From Squalus acanthias (taxonomy: Eukaryota): a DNA stretch of 64,000 bases. Location: assembly GCA_030390025.1 (NCBI GenBank), contig CM059431.1:127846001-127910000 (forward strand), in the 5' to 3' direction. Made by a program: the position numbers and the translations under genes. Under the pieces are notes generated by a model. The model saw only the letters and a program-made list of their open reading frames with translations, did no database searches and had not been told where the DNA came from. Shown here piece by piece: positions 49,600 to 62,277 of the stretch; position 1 is the first letter of the stretch; each line of letters begins with the position of its first letter.

Positions 49600-50500
49600 G
49601 CTTCAGCATGGGAGGTGGAAAGCTGCTGTGGCCTAGGACAGTTCTCTTAAAATACTTGTTGTCAGCAAGCTCTCAGGCCTGAGAGTGCCTGGTTGTAGAT
49701 TGTAATATCTTGATGGCTGCTGGGGAAGTCTGGCCAGCTGGCTTTCCATCAATGGGAGACCATTGGTTGAGGGGGCCGCACTGATCCAGATGGGTTTTCA
49801 TCCTGAGAGATAGAAATATGTTCCGTTCTTATTGCTCAACTGCTCCTGCTCGAGCTCTGGCTCTGCAGTCTTACTGATCTTCAGGAGAGTAGATATTCAT
49901 GATCTGACAAAACCTCTTATCCATTCAGTCTCCCAGCCTGTCCAAGATGGAGAAGATGGTTGAGCCCAGAACCTGTATTGCCCCAGTATGAGCAACCCTG
50001 ATAAATACTATTACTGGTGCCAGTGAATCATGCAGACAGGGCACTGCTGCAATATCCATTGTTGTGACCAGACGCTGCATGGTGGACTTCAGAATGTTGA
50101 TGCCATGCACCAGAACCCTACCCAAATTGGTTGCGGACTTCTCCGCCATCTCCAACATGGGGCAGTACCTCCCTGGCAGACAGACAATGCACTGAGCAAT
50201 GTCTTGTGCACATGAAGCATTTTTTTTGAAGGCTGGGCTCCTGAAATCTGCATCCTCTTTAGTAGAGCTAGGACCAGAGCTTGCCCTCTATCAAGCCCTT
50301 GAGCTGTCCTTTCCACTTGTATCAACTCCTTTTCGCCAGTGTTGTCTGAATTACCCTGTAGAGACCCCTTTGATTTCATCACCTAGTCCACCCGAAGTGC
50401 CAATCTTTGTGTTGGTGCCAAAGAAAGTTTGAGTGAGTGATGGTACATCTTCGGGAGGGTAGTGCCAGCTCTATTTCTGTGTGGTTGCAGGATCTGAGTT
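49600..50500 (-). pseudogene. Decayed Harbinger Myb-gene last exon
   Basis: Composition resembles 40548-41524 and 28221-29275; convergent with the transposase remnant at 46.8 kb. Confidence 0.45.
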
Positions 50501-50544
50501 ATTGGAAGGACCTAGAAATAGGGCAGAGTGGCAAGTGTTAAGTC

Positions 50545-51580
50545 GTAAAAACAGAAAATGCTGGAGTTAATGGCCCAAAAATTCGGCCGAATACGGGTGA
50601 GTACGCACTGTGTACTCACCCGTATTCGATCCCGAAGTGCCGGTTTCCTGCATGTATGGCGAAGGGGGCGGTTCCTAGGTGAACCGCGTGTGCACTACAG
50701 GCTGTGCGCACGCAGCACACTTAGGTTTTTTTTCAGGTTTCAACGCAAGGGTAAGTATGGAAGATTTTACACAAGTAAAAAGGAGGCGTAAGACCCCTTT
50801 TGAACAAGGTAAGTAGTTAATTAAGTATAATTTTAAATTTTTTTCAACAGGTTTATCTTTTTTAGAGACTTTAAAGAAAGGTAAGTTTATTTTTATAACT
50901 TGTAAAAAGAATTAAAAATTTTCAAAAATTTAAATTTTTGTTTAAAGTGGTAATTTATTTAACTTTAGTTATTTTATTAATGTGATGGGTTTAAAAACAA
51001 AATTATTTGAGGTTTAGCTGTTCTTTTGGGGGCGATTTGTATTCATAGATTTGACAGGTCTCCTGTCAAATCTATGAATGAAAGATGGTCTGCTGCCATT
51101 GGCTCTCCATGGCCCACGTGATCCTAGGAGTCACATCGCACTAACTGCGCCCCTGAGACACGCAAGCACTGCGCGCCGGCACCAGGGAGAGGCCCAGGAC
51201 CCGATGTTCCTGTGGGCCCGAAACACAACGGCAGGCGCGATAGGTAAGATCGCGCGCGATCCTTACCCCCGCGGCAAGCCAGCCACCCAAATTTCTAGGC
51301 CAATGTTTCAGGTCGATGGCCTTTGATCAGAACTGAAAAATGTTAGAGGTGTAACAGGTTTTAAGCAAGTACAGAGGCAGAGAAAGGGGGGAGGGGAGGA
51401 AAGAACAAACGAGAAGGTCTGTGATAGGGTGGAAGGCAGGAGAGATTAAATGACAAAAGGGATGATGGTGCAAGGCAAAAAGGATGTTAATGGGACAAGT
51501 AAAGAAACAAAAGATGGGTCTAGAGGAGGTGTATATGACAATATCAGAATTATTACCAACAGCTGCTGTCCGATAAAATG
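50545..51580 (-). mobile_element. Penelope-like element terminal fragment split by a MITE
   Basis: aaaacagaaaatgctgg…gtttcaggtcgatggcctttgatcagaact (degenerate hammerhead on the - strand) followed by a purine-rich tract. Confidence 0.6.
50572..51301 (+). mobile_element. Harbinger MITE family A, copy 3
   Basis: TIR ggcccaaaaattcggc / aatttctaggcc; TSD AAT. Confidence 0.9.
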
Positions 51581-51582
51581 GG

Positions 51583-51810
51583 CAAAAATGAGAAGTTGCA
51601 CAACACCAGGTTATAGTCCAACAGATTTATTTTAAATTACAAGCGTTCGGAGCTGTCGCCCCTTCCTCAGGTAAAGTTACAACTTTACCTGAGGAAGGGG
51701 CGACAGCTCCGAAAGCTTGTAATTTTAAATAAATCTGTTGGACTATAACCTGGTGTTGTGCGACTTCTCATTTTTGTCCACCCCAGTCCAACGCCGGCAT
51801 CTCCTCATCA
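51583..51810. repeat. Near-perfect ~190-bp palindrome (Penelope-like inverted pLTR)
   Basis: Arms 51583-51678 and 51681-51776 are reverse complements with few mismatches. Confidence 0.9.
51684..51722 (+). ncRNA. Minimal type I hammerhead ribozyme motif
   Basis: ttac-CTGAGGA-a-ggggc(gaca)gctcc-GAAA-gc-tt-gtaa: core boxes, stem II, palindromic stem III and stem I ttac/gtaa. Confidence 0.7.
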
Positions 51811-51844
51811 CGATAAAATTGAAGCAGTGGTTATGATCTGAAAT

Positions 51845-52275
51845 CCAATTAAATATTGGGAAGACCAAAGCCATTGTTTTTGGTCCCCGCCACAAACTCC
51901 GTTCCCTAGTCACTGACTCCATCCCTCTCCCTAACATCTGTCTGAGGCTGAACCACACTGTTCGCAACCTTGGTGTCATATTTGACCCTGAAATGAGCTC
52001 TCGACCACATATCCACAGCATAACTAAGACCACCTATTTCCACCTCTGTAACATCCCTAAGCTTGCGAATTCCCTGCCTAAACCTCTCCGCCTCTCTACC
52101 TCTCTTTCCTTCTTTAAGATGCTCCTTAAAACCTATCTCCTTGACCAAGCTATTGGTTACCTGCCCTAATTCCTCCTTATGTGGCTCGGTGTCAAATTTT
52201 TTGTCTTATACTCCTGTGTAAAGCAGTGGGACTTTTTACTACATTAAAGGCGCTATATAAATGCAAGTTGTTGTT
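51845..52275 (+). mobile_element. L2 LINE 3' fragment
   Basis: Homologous to 2141-2900; tail aaaggcgctatataaatgcaagttgttgttg. Confidence 0.8.
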
Positions 52276-52279
52276 GCTG

Positions 52280-52373
52280 TGCCTCCTGCTTGGGGCGCTA
52301 CTACTGAATTTACTAAAATTAGCGCCCCGGCGACGTTAGCGCCCCAAAGGGGGCGCCACCGAATTTTTCCCCC
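52280..52373. mobile_element. Harbinger terminal fragment
   Basis: ttagcgcccc motifs and gaatttttccccc end. Confidence 0.5.
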
Positions 52374-52538
52374 ATGAATGACCTGTTTCTGAGAAAAAGT
52401 CCCAATAGAGATAAACTAAATAAAAGCATGAGAGTTCTCAATTTGAAAGTTTAGTGCACATTGTAAATTAAAACTCACTGCAGTCTGATTCCACTTCCAT
52501 GTTATTCGGTTAGCAATTTATTAAAAAAAAAACACATG

Positions 52539-53299
52539 GGGCCAGAAATTCGGCTCCCTGGCTTCCCGCGGGTGCAAGGATCGCGCGCGCACCTACCTAC
52601 CGCGCCTGCCGTTGACCTCTGGGCCCACGGGGACTTCGGCTCCTGGGCCTCCTCCAACTGCCGGCGCGCAGTGCTTGTGTATCCCAGGGGCGTAGTTAGT
52701 GCGATGCGTCTCCTGGGATCACGTGGGCCATGGAGAGCCAATGGCAGCAGACCATCTTTCATTCATAGATTTGACAGGACCTGTCAAATCTATGAATACA
52801 GATTGGCCCCAAAACATCCCTAAAACTACAAATAAATTAAAAAAAAAAATCACATTTTTAAAATAACTATAAATTACATTAATTAACTATTTTAAACAAA
52901 AATTTAAATTTTTGAAAAAATTAATTATATTTTTTAACAGGGCTAAAACTAAACTTACCTTTCTTTAAAGTAATTAAAAAAGATAAATCTGTGAAAAAAA
53001 TGTTTAAATTTTAATAAAATCAACACTTACCTTGTTAAAAGAAGGCCTTGCGCCTCCTTTTTAAAAGTGTATCTTCTCCGTGCTTACCTTCACGGAGGAA
53101 CCTGTAAAAAAATCCGAAGTGCGAGGCAAACGCGCTGGCCCTCCGGCGTGCGCGTTCGACCCCTGAACCCCTTTCCTCAGGGGAACGGAAGTGCCGGTTT
53201 CCCGCGCATGCGCATTGCATGCAAGAAACCGCGCTTTCGTTCCGTCCACGGGTGAGTACACAGTGCGTACTCACCCGACAACAGCCGAATTTCTGCCCC
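52539..53299 (-). mobile_element. Harbinger MITE family A, copy 4
   Basis: TIR gggccagaaattcggc / gccgaatttctgcccc; TSD ATG. Confidence 0.9.
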
Positions 53300-53407
53300 A
53301 TGATTCTCCAATCTGTTTTGCCTGATAAGTGGGCAGAAAGTGGGCATGTAGTCTCTTCCAGAGAACAGCACAGTAAGCCTCCTACAAGCAAAACCGGAGA
53401 CAAATAA

Positions 53408-54041
53408 GAACATAAGAAATAGGAGCAGGAGTAAGCCAATCGGCCCTTCGAGCCTGCTCCGCCATTCAATAAGATCATGGCTGATCTGATCCTCACCTCA
53501 AATCTAAAGAACACAAGAAGTAGGAGCAGGACCCGGCCACTCAGCCCCTGGGCCCGCTACGCCACCCACAGGGCCTCGACCGATCCGAACTCAGCCTCAT
53601 GTCCAATTTCCTGCCCGCTCCCCGTAACCCCTAATTCCCTTTACTTCTAGGAAACTGTCTATTTCTGTTTTAAATTTATTTAATGATGTAGCTTCCACAG
53701 CTTCCTGGGGCAGCAAATTCCACAGACCTACTACCCTCTGAGTGAAGAAGTTTCTCCTCATCTCAGTTTTGAAAGAGCAGCCCCTTATTCTAAGATTATG
53801 CCCCCTAGTTCTAGTTTCACCCATCCTTGGGAACATCCTTACCGCATCCACCCGATCAAGCCCCTTCACAATCTTATATGTTTCAATAAGATCGCCTCAA
53901 ACTCTTCTGAACTCCAATGAGTAGAGTCCCAATCTACTCAACCTCTCCTCGTATGTCCACCCCCTCATCCCGGGGATTAACCGAGTGAACCTTCTTTGTA
54001 CTGCCTCGAGAGCAAGTATGTCTTTTCTTAAGCATGTACAC
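53408..54041 (-). mobile_element. CR1 3' fragments (two tails in tandem)
   Basis: LRKDILALEAVQRRFTRLIPG…; RRNFFTQRVV; two gaaca(t/c)aagaa tails. Confidence 0.85.
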
Positions 54042-54329
54042 CAAAACACCAAATACATCAGTACTACCTGTAAGTGAATGGTGTCTTGCCATGTGATGAA
54101 ACACTGACAAGACATTAACTTCAGCGGAGCAGCATACCATAACTGTACACTGCAGAGCAGCATTAGCACTACAGACTACGAGCAGAAGTAATAGCCATTA
54201 ATACTCCCATAATAGTGAAACTGTGCCAGCGTTCGAGTTCAGATAGAAAATGTGGCAATTAATTGCTGATGCTACAGGCTCCTTGCTTGAGATGCTATAG
54301 TTCATTGGTGTTGTGTGTTTTATCTTTTT

Positions 54330-55750
54330 AGATGATGTTGTCATGCAGAATGAGCATATCGATACACAACTTCTTTCAGGAAATACCCAATCCCCACATC
54401 CCCAGTGATTCAGGCATGGAATTGTTGCTTCAAAACTCCAAAGCACACTTCAAGTAGCAGCCTGCTGTTTGGGTAAGGCCTCTTTATAGTATTCCTGCAC
54501 CCTGTTGTTTCTCTCAGCAACTGTTGTTATTAGCTACAATCAAAGAGGATAGCTGGCCAGCAGCTTTCTCTCTTTGAGGATGAGATCTTGAAGGTTGGAT
54601 TGTTTCAGAATATATGAATCACTGCAACTTCATGAATTATTGTTCAAGTCAACATCACATCCAGGGGCAAACTTTCGTCTTAAGTGCCAAGCTCTGCACA
54701 GCAGGAGCTCATAACATGAATTCAGATACATGGTAGGCTGCCTGCCTATCGGACAGGAAAGCCTGTGGCACAAGGCCACAGCTGTGGTCACAGAAGAGGG
54801 AGGAAGAGATTGTGAGGAGGCGGGGTGGGGGGGGGGGGGGGCGGGATCGCGGTCGGGGTGGAGAGATTGTAGTGCGGCGGATCGTGGTTGGAAGGGAGAG
54901 ATTGTAGTGGGGGGCGAGCGTGAGGGGGGGAATCGGAGATCATGGGGGGTGTCGGGAGGGAGATTGGGGGGGGTGTTGGAGATCGTGGCGCTGGGGGACA
55001 ACTGGTTGCGGGGAGGGAAGCAGTTAAGCTTGTTTGGCCTGGAGGAACCACTCCTGCTCCTCCTGGCTCACAAGCTGTGTTATAAAGGCACTTACCTTAT
55101 GGATCCAGCCCTTCTCACTTCCTTTTACTGTTGGGTTTCCCGAGGCCAAGAAAACCCGGCCGAAATGGGTGAAAAATAAAAATCCAGTTAAAATGGAGGC
55201 ACGCAGCCTCCTGGGAATGGATTGGTCGCTCACGCCGCGACCCGCTTCCATTAAAACCAGAAGTGGGCGGGTTGGAATCAGGTTTGAGATTTTTTACATT
55301 TTTACTTCTCACCCGTACACAACCCACCTGTTCCAGGGGTTTAAAATTACCCCCAGTTACTCTCTGAACACAACGCTGCATTGAGGAATGGGCCACTCCT
55401 AACATGTCTCCTTTGGCAGGCTGGAATGATGTTGGAGTATAAGCATTTAGGACTGTGGTCACTTTGATTGCTACAGGTAAGAGCTAATCTTCTGATGAAT
55501 TGCTGCTTCAGTTTGCGTCCCAGTGGGATGGCACAAATCAGTAACTTATCTCCATGGATAACCAAATAGTTCCACATAGTGCTTTGCAGTCATAACAGGT
55601 AGTTAGTCCTGTGGTGGTAGGTGCGTTCCTGTGGGCGTCTGAAACCAGGAGTTGTCAGAGGTCTCTGCAGTCTGTATTCCCTCTGCCTCTTGTGCCTATG
55701 CAACAAGTACAAACATGATCAATGTTGCTCACCCTGTAAACTGTGTAGCC
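54330..55750 (-). pseudogene. Very old Harbinger transposase remnant split by a MITE
   Basis: TVLNAYTPTSFQPAKGDMLGVAHSSMQRCV; FGVLKQQF.CLNHWG. Confidence 0.6.
54664..55353. mobile_element. Harbinger-type MITE with G-rich internal minisatellite
   Basis: Ends ggggcaaacttt / taaaattacccc; flanking cca/cag duplication; internal segment related to ~26690-26935. Confidence 0.65.
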
Positions 55751-56112
55751 GTTGCTGCACTGCCGTTGTTTCAACTTTAATTGAAACTAATGGCATGGAA
55801 CAATGAAAGCACCTTGGTAAAGATAACTCCAGGGCAGCACTAGTGCAAGTGATGGAATGCTTTAATTGACCTTCGTCAGTTGGTTGTTTTATATAAATAA
55901 ACTGCTAAAGATTTCTGCTGCAATTTAGAGGCTCCAGAGATCTATGACTCCTGTGCACAAGAGGGCTGTTAGATCAAATGTTACCGTTCTCTGCCAGATT
56001 GGCAGTGATTGCTAGTGTGAAATTGAAGAGGAGAATATGTACCTAATTACAAAACCAAAGAGCCTTAAATTTGGTAATTTGTGGTAAATTACAAACACTG
56101 AAATGCCTTTAA

Positions 56113-56825
56113 TTTCTGGAAATACTCAGCAGGTCAGGCAGCATCTGTGGAGAGAGAAACAGAGTAAACCTTTCAAGACGATGACCTTTGGAAACATCAT
56201 CGACCTGAAACATCGGCCCTGAATTTCCAATGGGAGGCTTCCTGCAGGCGGATGCCTCCAATCAGCAAAAAATCTGCGAACCTACCTGCTGGTTCCGATC
56301 CTGGGCCTCTACTCTTGGAAATGCGCAGAGGCCCACGTATCCCAGGGGTGCATACGGTTCGCAAGGGCCCCTGAGATCACGTGGGCCAGCTCAACCAATG
56401 GAAGAAGGGAATCCCCCTTCATACTTTTGACAGTTCCGTACACACAGAACTAACAAAAGTATGAATGGGGATGACGGCAAAAATGCACCAACACACTGAA
56501 ATAAATAAAGAAAAACCATTACACATATAAAATTAATTAAAATGGCATTTAATTAAATATGTTAAACAAAAATGTAATTAAAATAAATGTTTTATATGTT
56601 TTAACGGGGCTTAATATAAACTTACCTTATTTATAAGTGAGTGATAAAATCTTATTTTTCTATTTTTTTAAACTCTTATGCTGGTAAAAGCAGGCCTTAC
56701 GTGGGGGGTCGCAAAATATGGGCCGTTAACTCTGTTTCTCTCTCCACAGATGCTGCCTGACCTGCTGAGTAATTCCAGCATTTTCTGTTTTTATTTCAGA
56801 TTTCCAGCATCTGCAGTATTTAGCT
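56113..56825. repeat. Penelope-like palindromic repeat split by a MITE (56215-56724)
   Basis: ctcagcaggtcaggcagcatctgtggagagagaaacagag … ctctgtttctctctccacagatgctgcctgacctgctgag. Confidence 0.75.
56215..56724. mobile_element. MITE, family of 3735-4466
   Basis: TIR ggccctgaattt / aaaatatgggcc. Confidence 0.75.
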
Positions 56826-58341
56826 TTTGCCTTTAATTTCTGTTTTGTTTAATCTAGGCTGATATAGGTTGGCTTATCTCTTTAAAGATGGTGTACAGCA
56901 AGGAGAAAAAGTCACTCTATGCAGAACAAGTGGTTATCCTTTGTGGCTAGATCTAAAGCAACAAATGCAGTTAAAAATATTTTTCATTATCCCAAAATCC
57001 CTTACCAGATTCCTGCTGTCGGAACACAAATAACAAGTGGGAATAAAACTACTAATCATAAAAGTTCAAAAACTACAAATCAAAAATAGGTAATTTCAAA
57101 GAGAAGCAGAATCAATTAATTTGTTGAAAGTACTTTTTGATTTTTTCCCCCAATACGAGCTTGCTTAGTACTAGAAATTATGTTTGTTAAATAATAATGA
57201 CATTAAAAATGACTGAACTCACAGAAATAATTAAATTTGCCTATACCACAGCATTTTGTGTATTTAAAAAGTTTGTATCAGATGTCTATGCATCTCTGAG
57301 AAACATGGGGCATCAGGTTAATGAGGTTTCCCAGAGCTACCACTGTCACAGACTCAACAAGGTGGCAAGCAGTCACAGACTCAACAGTATGCATCTGTTA
57401 CAACTCCCTGAGTATGTTTTATGATTGAAAGCAAGACGAGCCATTTGCAAAGCATGCTAGGAATCGTTATTTGTAAGCCTACCCTCTCCTCTAGTCCTGT
57501 TCATCGATTGAAAATTATTGAGGAAATAAAAATCCCAGCGATACCATTTTGTGGAACAGTGAAAATAAGCAGAATTTGGGTTGTTTTGGTATGGGACTTC
57601 AAAATAATGTAAAACATAAAAATTTCTTGAGGTAACATTGATAAGAAAAACAAGGTCATATTTTCAAGTGATGAATTAGCAGTTACAGCATGTTACATGT
57701 GTTACAAATGAATCATTGCTATTTGGAATTTGGCCATTTTTTAGGAATTATTTAATGTATTCTAACTAGTTAGAGCAGCTGAATTTCTTTTATTTATGTG
57801 TATTTGAAAGAGAAGTCAGCACAATCAACAGGAAGAAAACAATATAGGTGGCAAATTATAGAAGTTTTCTTTAATTCAAGTTTGGAGGGAGATTCTGAAT
57901 AAAATCCTCAATTTAAACTTGCTTAATTAAACAGAACCCTTCAGTGATGCTAAGTATTGTTGCAAAGAGATTTGGTAAGCATCTGCACTTCAAATGGGTG
58001 GGACATACTCATTTGAGATTATAGGTATTAAGTTTCTCCCCTCCCCCCATACATATACAGATTTATTTATTTATGTAACTGTGGTATATGATGGGTTAAA
58101 TAAGTAATTATTTCCATGAATAAATCAAATGCATTTACTTCATTGCCTCTAAGCAGCTCTCTTACAAACTTCTTCTGAAATTCATTCAGGAGAAATGTGC
58201 ACCCAATCCCTATATCTCAGCATACTTCTACTGCTCCTGTCCCCAAACAGCATAACCTTTGATTCTCTTTGTGCAATGCCATGGAAGGCCTGTTAGTATA
58301 AATACATGCTTGTAATGTGCTATTTTCAGTCAATTTCAAGT

Positions 58342-58610
58342 CATTTAGGACTGAGATGAGGTGAAATTTCTTCACTCAGAGGGTGGTGAACCTGCAGAAT
58401 TCTCTACCACAGAAGGCTGTAGAGGCCAATTTACTGAATATATTTAAGAAGGAGATAGATAGATTTCTAGACACAAATGGCATCAAGGGGTATGGGGAGA
58501 GCGCGGGAATATGGTATTGAGATAGAGGATCAGCCATGATCATATTGAATGGCGGAGCAGGCTCGAAGGGCCGAATGGCCTACTCCTTTTTCTATGTTTC
58601 TATATTTCTA
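58342..58610 (+). mobile_element. CR1 3' fragment
   Basis: tttaggactgagatgagg…aatttcttcactcagagggtggtgaa…ggcctactcct tail. Confidence 0.85.
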
Positions 58611-60069
58611 TTTTACCAACCTTCTCATTCTTTGAACTGCTCTAACGCTTAGTCCTGATCAAACTTCATATCTGACTTTTCTGTTAAAAGTTAACCATTT
58701 GGAATTGGGTGAACCCCTCCAATTGTTCTTTAACAAGTTCTGACCAATTGAAAATGCTGGTAGCATGGGCTCCTTGTATATTACACTTGTTTACTTCCAG
58801 GAGTAAATTTTAGAGCATGGACAGAATCTAGCAATGGCTCTGTTAACTCTAACACACAAGATGACTAGTCCACAGTGCAGAAATGGTGTGTGCACTAGCT
58901 CTAACATACAGAGCAATTTTACCCTCCCTCACCCAGGTATGGTCCAGATGTTGTATCAGTAAGAAAACACATTTATGGGCTGAAAATTTGCCTATGTCCT
59001 ATTTGTAACAAATTAGTTAACGGTTTCTGATGAAATTTTTTTTAAAACAGGTTAACAGTTCATTAGAATGTTGAACAGAGGAATCCTTATCCTTTAGTGT
59101 GTAAAATTAGTACAGAGATTTCATTAAATATTCTGAGATACTGATGAATTTTGCCAATAAAGTTTTACTAAAATTTACCACAGATTGCTATTGATCTTGA
59201 TTTTACTTGTTTATGCAAAAATCAGAAAAAACAAAGTACCAGAAAAAAACACAGATATGAGCACTACAGTGATAGTAATAATTAACATTTAATGTCTCAA
59301 AACTTTCTGCTCCGAACGTTTGAATCATTTCTGAACTGCACTTGTCCGCAGTATGATATGCCAGCTTGTTCAGAACATAAGGTTATGTTCATAAGGGAGC
59401 ATAAGGAAACAACTGTATTATTTCTTGAATCGTGAAAATTGCTTAGGTGCTAAAACATGAGCTGGTTGGTTAACCACTTGCCTTAAGTCTGAAATGTTAA
59501 ATTAATTAAAGCTTGGAACAGTTGCATACATGTGAATTGTGGAATACATGTACAGTTCAGGAAGTACATAGATGTTAGTACATCGATTAAAGTTGATTAA
59601 TGGAAATATTAGCTTATTAAATGTAATATTTATCTCTGTGATGTGCTATAAATTTTTCAATAACTTGCAATGTTTACAGCTTTTATATTTAATTGACAGA
59701 GAAACCACGTCAAACATTGTGCCCCTTGCTAAAGCACACCTTTTATATAGTTCCAAGAAACAGAGTGAATTGTGCTCATTTTGTTTGAGAACATAAAATA
59801 AAGGCTATTTATGGTGACATCTTTAGACACCCTACATTGGAATTCTGGAAAAGCAGGTTTCCCACATTAATACTGAATAAGCATCAAAGCTTCTAGACAC
59901 AAATGCTTCACCAGCCACAAGTGATAAATTCCAGATTCTTTGAATGATTCATAAGTCCCAGTCCGTGGATCTAGACTTTGTCCCTATAGGCAATCCACAA
60001 GATCACAGCTCCAGGTTGCACCCATGATGATCCCGGTCCTCAGATTGACTTCTTCAAGCTTCACCACCA

Positions 60070-60575
60070 CCACAACAACAACAATTTGTATTTATAAAGG
60101 GGCTTTAACATAGTAAAACGTCCCAAGGCACTGCACAGGAGTATTATAAGACAAAAAATTTGACACTGAGCCATATAAGGAGAAATTAGGGCAGATGAGC
60201 AAAAGCTTGGTCAAAGAGGTAGGTTTTAAGGAGCGTCTTAAAGGAGGAAAGAGAGGTAGCGAGGCGGAGAGGTTTAGGCAGGGAATTCCAGAGCTTAGGG
60301 CCTAGGCAACAGAAGGCTCGACGGGCCAAATGGCCTACTCCTGCTCCTAGATTCTATGTTTCTATGTAAGGCATAGCCACCAACGGTTGAGCGATTATAA
60401 TCAGGGATGCTCAAGAGGGCAGAATTAGAGGAGTGCAGATATCTCGGGGGGTTGTGGGGCTGGAGGAGATTACAGAGATAGGGAGGGGTGAGGCCATGGA
60501 GGGATTTGAAAACAAGGATGAGAATTTTGAAATCGAGGCGCTGCTTAACTGGGAGCCAATGTAGGTCAGTGAGCA
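60070..60575 (-). mobile_element. L2 3' fragment with an inserted CR1 tail (~60310-60366)
   Basis: LTDLHWLPVKQRLDFKILILVFKSLHGLTPPYL; (aac)n tail. Confidence 0.85.
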
Positions 60576-61516
60576 CCACACATTGGTGCTGCCTGGTATA
60601 AAACAACCACACTTCTGTTTCACTGCAATGTTGGTAGAACATGTGGTGATCTTGTGATTTAGGCTAGTGTCGTAAAAATATACAAGTACAAAGGGGATTT
60701 TTTTAAATACTTTGCAATTTAAAGGTTATCTGTATTATTTCAAATGCTGCAATCTCTCTTGGCACCATTGTTAAACCAAAGGGCTGTTGTTAACAGAGTC
60801 GCTTTCAACATTTCATGCTTGGGTTAATTCCCATTACTTTCAATTTTTCACACTCCTCCTTCTATCTCACTGTGATCTAATTCACATGCAATACTTATCC
60901 ATGTTCTATCTGCTGTAAGAAATTCCTGAATTTGAATACAGCTTTTTTTTTGCCGTAGCTACTTCAGCTGTTCCCCAGGAAAACTTCTGCTTGGTACTAT
61001 TTTTTGAAAGGGGTTGGCGGGGTGTGGGGGTGAGTCCTAAGTTTAACAACAACATATTGAATTTATAGAATCATAGAATCATAGAAAGTTACAGCACGGA
61101 AGGAGGCCATTTCGGCCCATTGTGTCTGCGCCGGCCAACAAAGAGCTTTCGACATAAAGAATTTTCCAAAGCACACACAGATATGAGTAAGGAAAATGGA
61201 CACTGAGCCAGGAAGGAAGAGATTAAGAGGAGCGACCAAAATCTCTGTTCATGAGATGGGTTTTAAGGAGGGTTTTAAAGGAGGTGAGGAAGTTGGAGAT
61301 GCAGACAACTTTAGGGAGCGAATCTGAAAGTGGGGCCCAGCTTGTTGAAGGCTCTGCCATCAATTGAGGGTGAGGGGGTGGGGCGGAGGGATTGGTTTGC
61401 ATAAAACGAATGGAGGAATTGGGTGTGGGGGGAATATAGCGTAGAGATTTCAGAGATAGAGTGGGATGAGGCCAATGGTGGGATTTAAAGCTGAAGACAA
61501 GGATTTTAAATTTAAT

Positions 61517-62277
61517 GGCCCAGAAATTAAACAGTGAGGGTTCCCGCGGGGTAAGGATTCCCCGCGATATCGCACTCCGCGCCTACCTTTTTGCTCCGGG
61601 CCCACACGAACTTTAGTTTGAATGGCTCTGTCTCTTGGAACCGTGCAGTGCTTGCGTGACCCAGAGACGCAATTAGTTTGTGCGAGCTCTGGGATCACGT
61701 GATTCAGTTAGAGCCAATGGCAGCACACCATCTTTCATTCATAATTTTGACAGGAAGACCTGTCAAAGATATGAATACTGCACACCCCCAAAAGAACAGC
61801 TAAACCTCAATTAAATTTAAAAAAAAGCCATCACATTAATAAAATAAGTATAGTTAAATAAATTAACCACTTTAAACAAAATATTAAATTTTTGAATTTT
61901 TTAAAATCTTTTTAAAAGTTATAAAAATAAACTTACCTTTCTTTAAAGTCTCTAAAAAAGATAAACCTGTTGAAAAAAAATTAAAATAACACTTAATTAA
62001 CTACTTACCTTGTTAAAGGGGTGTCATACGCCTGCTTTTTTTATGTGTAAAATCTTCACCACTTACCTGCGCGTTCAAAGCTGAAAAAAAACTAAGTGCA
62101 CTGCGTGCGCACAGCCTGTAGCGCGCACGCAGTTCACTTAGGAACCGCCCCCTTTTGAATTCACGAAGTGCCGGTTTCCCACGCATGCGCAGTGCATGCA
62201 GGAAACCGGCAATTGGAGACCTAATACGCGAGAGTACACAGTGCGTACTCTCGCGTATTAGGTCTAATTTTCGGGCC
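61517..62277 (-). mobile_element. Harbinger MITE family A, copy 5
   Basis: TIR ggcccagaaatt / aattttcgggcc; TSD AAT. Confidence 0.9.

Noticed and set aside
53330..53400. Possible minus-strand host exon (acceptor ttttgcttgtag)
   Set aside because: No convincing donor, no recognisable peptide and no partner exons.
56830..60060. AT-rich unique region as protein-coding
   Set aside because: Only short ORFs without motifs; consistent with intronic or intergenic DNA. Small exons cannot be excluded without RNA data.
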